A stretch of 64,000 nt of DNA, taken from the IMG/VR virus record IMGVR_UViG_3300021289_000001. One strand, 5' to 3'. Positions 63,826-64,000 of this stretch are shown piece by piece. How positions within the stretch are numbered: position 1 is the stretch's first letter; each line of letters begins with the position of its first letter. The stretch is from a virus. A program made the position numbers and the translations under genes. Below the pieces are notes generated by a model. That model saw only the letters and a program-made list of their open reading frames with translations. It was not told where the DNA came from and searched no databases.

Positions 63826-64000
63826 TCACGCTATTTTCTTGATTTTTGTATCCAGCAATATAGAGCAATTCGGCACTATGATTTTTCCGCCATGCCAACT
63901 CGCTCGCTTGGTAGGCTGGAAATCGCTTAAGATGTTTAGCTGGGCCAGTTGCCTTGCGTCCTTATATCGCTTTGATGGTTTGAAATAACCACCTCCGTAT
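63826..64000 (-). CDS. C-terminal fragment of a gene entering from the right edge
   Basis: Open frame YGGGYFKPSKRY...KKIA* ending at 63826. Confidence 0.45.
   Translation of the reverse strand, partial: YGGGYFKPSKRYKDARQLAQLNILSDFQPTKRASWHGGKIIVPNCSILLDTKIKKIA

Overview
The window is almost entirely one temperate, siphovirus-like phage genome; no host chromosomal genes were recognised. Both edges fall inside the same minus-strand replication operon, which suggests a nearly complete, circularly permuted genome slightly larger than 64 kb. Modules in order: replication/recombination (RepB-type primase cut by the left edge, SSB, AAA ATPase); a CI/Cro-like switch; divergent tyrosine and large serine recombinases; small early genes; a membrane-protein operon with an iteron-like inverted repeat; a long minus-strand virion operon (terminase, portal, capsid, two paralogous tail-tube/beta-propeller genes, tape measure, tail fibre) containing a tRNA; and a DNA metabolism block (dcd, HNH nucleases, SNF2-methyltransferase fusion, SF2 helicase). 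The main finding is at 52.1-53.8 kb: a nuclease-less IS110/Nop-domain protein flanked on both sides by arrays of alternating 9-nt and 22-26-nt repeats separated by exactly 9-nt spacers (17 units, 34 spacers). This fits a TIGR-Tas-type RNA-guided system (TasA-like) with an unusually long unit and a split array. Other notable observations are an HNH/RHH cassette that recoded the 3' end of dcd, an 11-bp motif shared by many promoters, and several candidate non-coding RNAs. A Chloroflexota-like host is only my impression from the SSB and recombinase sequences. All protein calls come from motifs read by eye; no database search was run.
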